Source: Eledone cirrhosa
Lineage: Eukaryota
Direction of reading: 5' to 3'
DNA length: 64,000 bases
Assembly (NCBI GenBank): GCA_964016885.1
Contig: OZ024743.1
Location: forward strand, 135,160,001-135,224,000
The stretch's first letter is position 1, and every line of letters begins with the position of its first letter. Positions 61,320 to 64,000 of the stretch are shown in pieces. The notes beneath the pieces were generated by a model. It did no database searches and was not told the DNA's origin. It worked only from the letters and a program-made list of their open reading frames with translations. The translations under genes were made by a program, and so were the position numbers.

Positions 61320-63800
61320 TGATTAGTGTTTGGTGATTGGTGCTTGGGGTTTGCTGTTTGGTGCTTGGTGTTTGGTGCTTGGTGCTTGGTGATTGGTGTT
61401 TGGTGATTGGTGCTTGGCGTTTGGTGTTTGATGCTTGGTGCTTGGTTTTTGGTGTTTGGTGCTTGGTACCTAGTGCTTGTTGTTTGGTGTTTGGTGCTTG
61501 GTGCTTGGTGCTTGGTGTTTGGTGCTTGGTGTCTGGTGTTTGGTGCTTGGTGTTTGGTGTTTGGTGCTTGGTGCTTGGTGCTTGGTGTTTGGTGTTTGCT
61601 GCTTGGTGCTTGGTGTTTTGTGCTTGGTGTTTGGTGTTTGGTGTTTGATGCTTGGTGTTTGCTGCTTGGTGCTTGGTGCTTGGTGTTTTGTGTTTGGTGC
61701 TTGGTGTTTTGTGTTTGGTGCTTGGTGCTTGGTGCCTGGTGCTTGGTCCTTGGTGCTTGGTGTTTGGTGCTTGGTTCTTGGTGTTTGGTGATTGGTGCTT
61801 GGTGCTTGGTGTTTGGTGCTTGGTGCTTGGTGTTTAGTAGTCGGTGCTTGGTGTTTGGTTTTTGGTGCTTGGTGTTTGGTGCTTGGTGCTTGGTGTTAAG
61901 TGTTTGGGGCTTGGTGCTTGGTCCATGGTGCTTGGTGTTTGGTGCTTGGTGCCTGGTGCTTGGTGTTTGGTGCTTGGTGCTTGGTGCTTGGTGTTTGGTG
62001 CTTGGTGTTTGGTGCTTGGTGCTTGGTGTTTGGTGCTTGGTGTTTGGTGCTTGGTGTTCGGTGCTTGGTGCTTGGTGCTTGGTGCTTGGTGTTAGGTGTT
62101 TGGTGCTTGGTGCTTGGTGTATGATGTTTGGTCCTTGGTGTTTGGTGTTTGGTGCTTGGTGCTTGGTGTTTGGTGCTTGGTGCTTGGTGCTTGGTGTTTG
62201 GTGTTTGGTGCTTGCTGCTTGCTGCTTGGTGTTTGGTGCTTGGTGATTGGTGCTTGGTGTTTGCTGCTTGGTGCTTGGTGTTTGGTGTTTGGTGCTAGGT
62301 GCTTGGTGCTTGGTGTTTGGTGCTTGGTGCTTGGTGCTTGGTGTTTGGCGTTTGGTGCTTGGTGCTTGGTGTTTGTTGCTTGGTGCTTGGTTTTTGGTCT
62401 TTGGTGCTTGGTACCTGGTGCTTGTTGTTTGGTTTTTGGTGCTTGGTGCTTGGTGTTTGGTGCTTGGTGTCTGGTGCTGGGTGTTTGGTGCTTGGTGCTT
62501 GGTGTTTGGTGCTTGGTGCTTGGTGCTTGGTGTTTGGTCCTTGGTGCTTGGTGCTTGGTCTTTGGTGCTTGGGGTTTGGTGTTTGGTGCTTGGTGCTTGG
62601 TGTTTGGTGCTAGGTGCTTAGTGCTTGGTGCTTGGTGTTTGGTGCTTGCTGCTTGGTGCTTGGTGATTGGTGCTTGGTGCTTGGTGATTAGTATTTGGTG
62701 ATTGGTGCTTGGGGTTTGCTGTTTGGTGCTTGGTGTTTGGTGCTTGGTGCTTGGTGATTAGTGTTTGGTGATTGGTGCTTGGGGTTTGGTGTTTGATGCT
62801 TGGTGCTTGGTTTTTGGTGTTTGGTGCTTGGTACCTGGTGCTTGTTGTTTGGTGTTTGGTGCTTGGTGCTTGGTGCTTGGTGTTTAGTGCTTGGTGTCTG
62901 GTGTTTGGTGCTTGGTGTTTGGTGTTTGGTGCTTGGTGCTTGGTGCTTGGTGTTTGGTGTTTGCTGCTTGGTGCTTGGTGTTTGGTGCTTGGTGTTTGGT
63001 GTTTGGTGTTTGATGCTTGGTGTTTGCTGCTTGGTGCTTGGTGTTTTGTGTTTGGTGCTTGGTGTTTTGTGTTTGGTGCTTGGTGCTTGGTGCCTGGTGC
63101 TTGGTCCTTGGTGCTTGGTGTTTGGTGCTTGGTTCTTGGTGTTTGGTGATTGGTGCTTGGTGCTTGGTGTTTGGTGCTTGGTGCTTGGTGTTTAGCAGTT
63201 GGTGCTTGGTGTTTGGTTTTTGGTGCTTGGTGTTTGGTGCTTGGTGCTTGGTGTTAAGTGTTTGGGGCTTGGTGCTTGGTCCATGGTGCTTGGTGTTTGG
63301 GTCTTGGTGCCTGGTGCTTGGTGTTTGGTGCTTGGTGCTTGGTACTTGGTGTTTGGTGCTTGGTGTTTGGTGCTTGGTGCTTGGTGTTTGGTGCTTGGTG
63401 TTTGGTGCTTGGTGTTCGGTGCTTGGTGCTTGGTGCTTGGTGCTTGGTGTTAGGTGTTTGGTGCTTGGTGCTTGGTGTATGATGTTTGGTCCTTGGTGCT
63501 TGGTGTTTAGTGCTTGGTGCTTGGTGTTTGGTGTTTGGTGCTTGCTGCTTGCTGCTTGGTGTTTGGTGCTTGGTGATTGGTGCTTGGTGTTTGGTGCTTG
63601 GTGCTTGGTGTTTGGTGCTTGGTGCTTGGTGCTTGGTGTTTGGCGTTTGGTGCTTGGTGCTTGGTTTTTGGTGCTTGGCGCTTGGTTTTTGGTGTTTGGT
63701 GCTTGGTACCTGGTGCTTGTTGTTTGGTGTTTGGTGCTTGGTGCTTGGTGTTTGGTGCTTGGTGTCTGGTGTTTGGTGCTTGGTCTTTGGTGTTTGGTGC
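61320..63800 (+). repeat. Diverged local duplication (~1358-1365-bp offset)
   Basis: ORF pairs 61407/62772 and 61900/63258. Markers TTTAGYAG, GTTAAGTG, GTCCATGG and GTATGATG each occur twice, with several differences between copies. Confidence 0.8.
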
Positions 63801-64000
63801 TTGGTGCTTGGTGCTTGGTGTTTGGTGTTTGGTGCTTGGTGCTTGGTGTTTGGTGTTTGGTGCTGGGTGCTTGGAGTTTGGTGCTTGGTGCTTGGTGCTT
63901 AGTGCTTGGTGTTAGGTGTTTGGTGCTTGGTGTTTGGTGGTTGGTGTTTGATGCTTGGTGTGTGCTGCTTGGTGCTTGGTGCTTGGTGTTTTGTGTTTGG

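Larger units (their letters stand above)
31240..62750 (+). repeat. Macro-unit copy 3, expanded by nested internal duplications
   Basis: Starts like 8099/20385 (ORF 31398) and ends like 30089-30614 (ORFs 62247, 62772). It passes the same landmarks as copies 1 and 2 but backtracks several times. Confidence 0.7.
1..64000 (+). repeat. Heptameric satellite array (TTGGTGY)n, ~9,100 monomers, single orientation, open at both window edges
   Basis: Every line parses as TTGGTGC/TTGGTGT units with scattered single-base variants (TTGCTGT, TTGGTGA, TTAGTGC, CTGGTGC, TTGGCGT, TTGTTGT). The + strand is G/T-rich and nearly A-free throughout. No non-repeat interruption was seen. Confidence 0.99.

Noticed and set aside
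5-63915. Hundreds of + strand ORFs encoding hydrophobic (VLGAWCL/VFGVWCL)n peptides
   Set aside because: The heptamer contains no stop codon, so all frames give the same 7-aa cycle. The ORFs overlap in all three frames, mostly start at TTG/GTG, and end at random variant monomers. There is no domain content or coding signal.
1-64000. CRISPR array or other repeat-spacer system
   Set aside because: There are no unique spacers. Sequence between landmarks is itself heptamer repeat, and no cas or other genes are present.
1-64000. Bacterial heptamer repeats (cyanobacterial STRR-like or short gene-flanking heptamer tracts)
   Set aside because: Those are typically short intergenic tracts. A gene-free array of at least 64 kb with nested duplications fits eukaryotic satellite DNA much better, although the taxon cannot be proven here.
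1-64000. Low-complexity sequencing or basecalling artefact
   Set aside because: Rare variants recur at exact kilobase offsets in conserved order, which random error would not produce. Individual near-identical duplications could still be assembly errors.
1-64000. Stable G-quadruplex, i-motif or hairpin array
   Set aside because: Only GG dinucleotides with 5-nt spacing and isolated GGG/GGGG variants occur. The canonical four G3-run pattern was not seen, and the A-poor strand has no inverted repeats.

Overview
The whole 64 kb window is one uninterrupted satellite array in a single orientation. The monomer is the heptamer TTGGTGY (TTGGTGC and TTGGTGT mixed; reverse complement RCACCAA), roughly 9,100 copies (64000/7). 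I see no genes, RNA genes, transposon insertions, CRISPR spacers, inversions or unique sequence. The hundreds of ORFs are a by-product of a stop-free 7-mer read in a 21-bp/7-aa cycle. The real content is hierarchical repeat structure, traceable through rare variant monomers and identical ORF translations at fixed offsets. The levels are: 7-bp monomer; an ordered ~1.4-kb higher-order module; a ~2.8-kb A/B dimer at the left end; and a ~11-12-kb macro-unit present as two compact copies plus a third copy inflated about 3-fold by nested duplications (offsets 2016, 7899/8094, 1308/868, 4582/4512, 3113 bp). Variant monomers that gained a CpG repeatedly have CpA sister alleles, which suggests methylated eukaryotic heterochromatin. 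Organism and function (centromeric, subtelomeric or other) cannot be determined from the sequence alone. Block boundaries are approximate and were read by eye; offsets come from marker and ORF coordinates.
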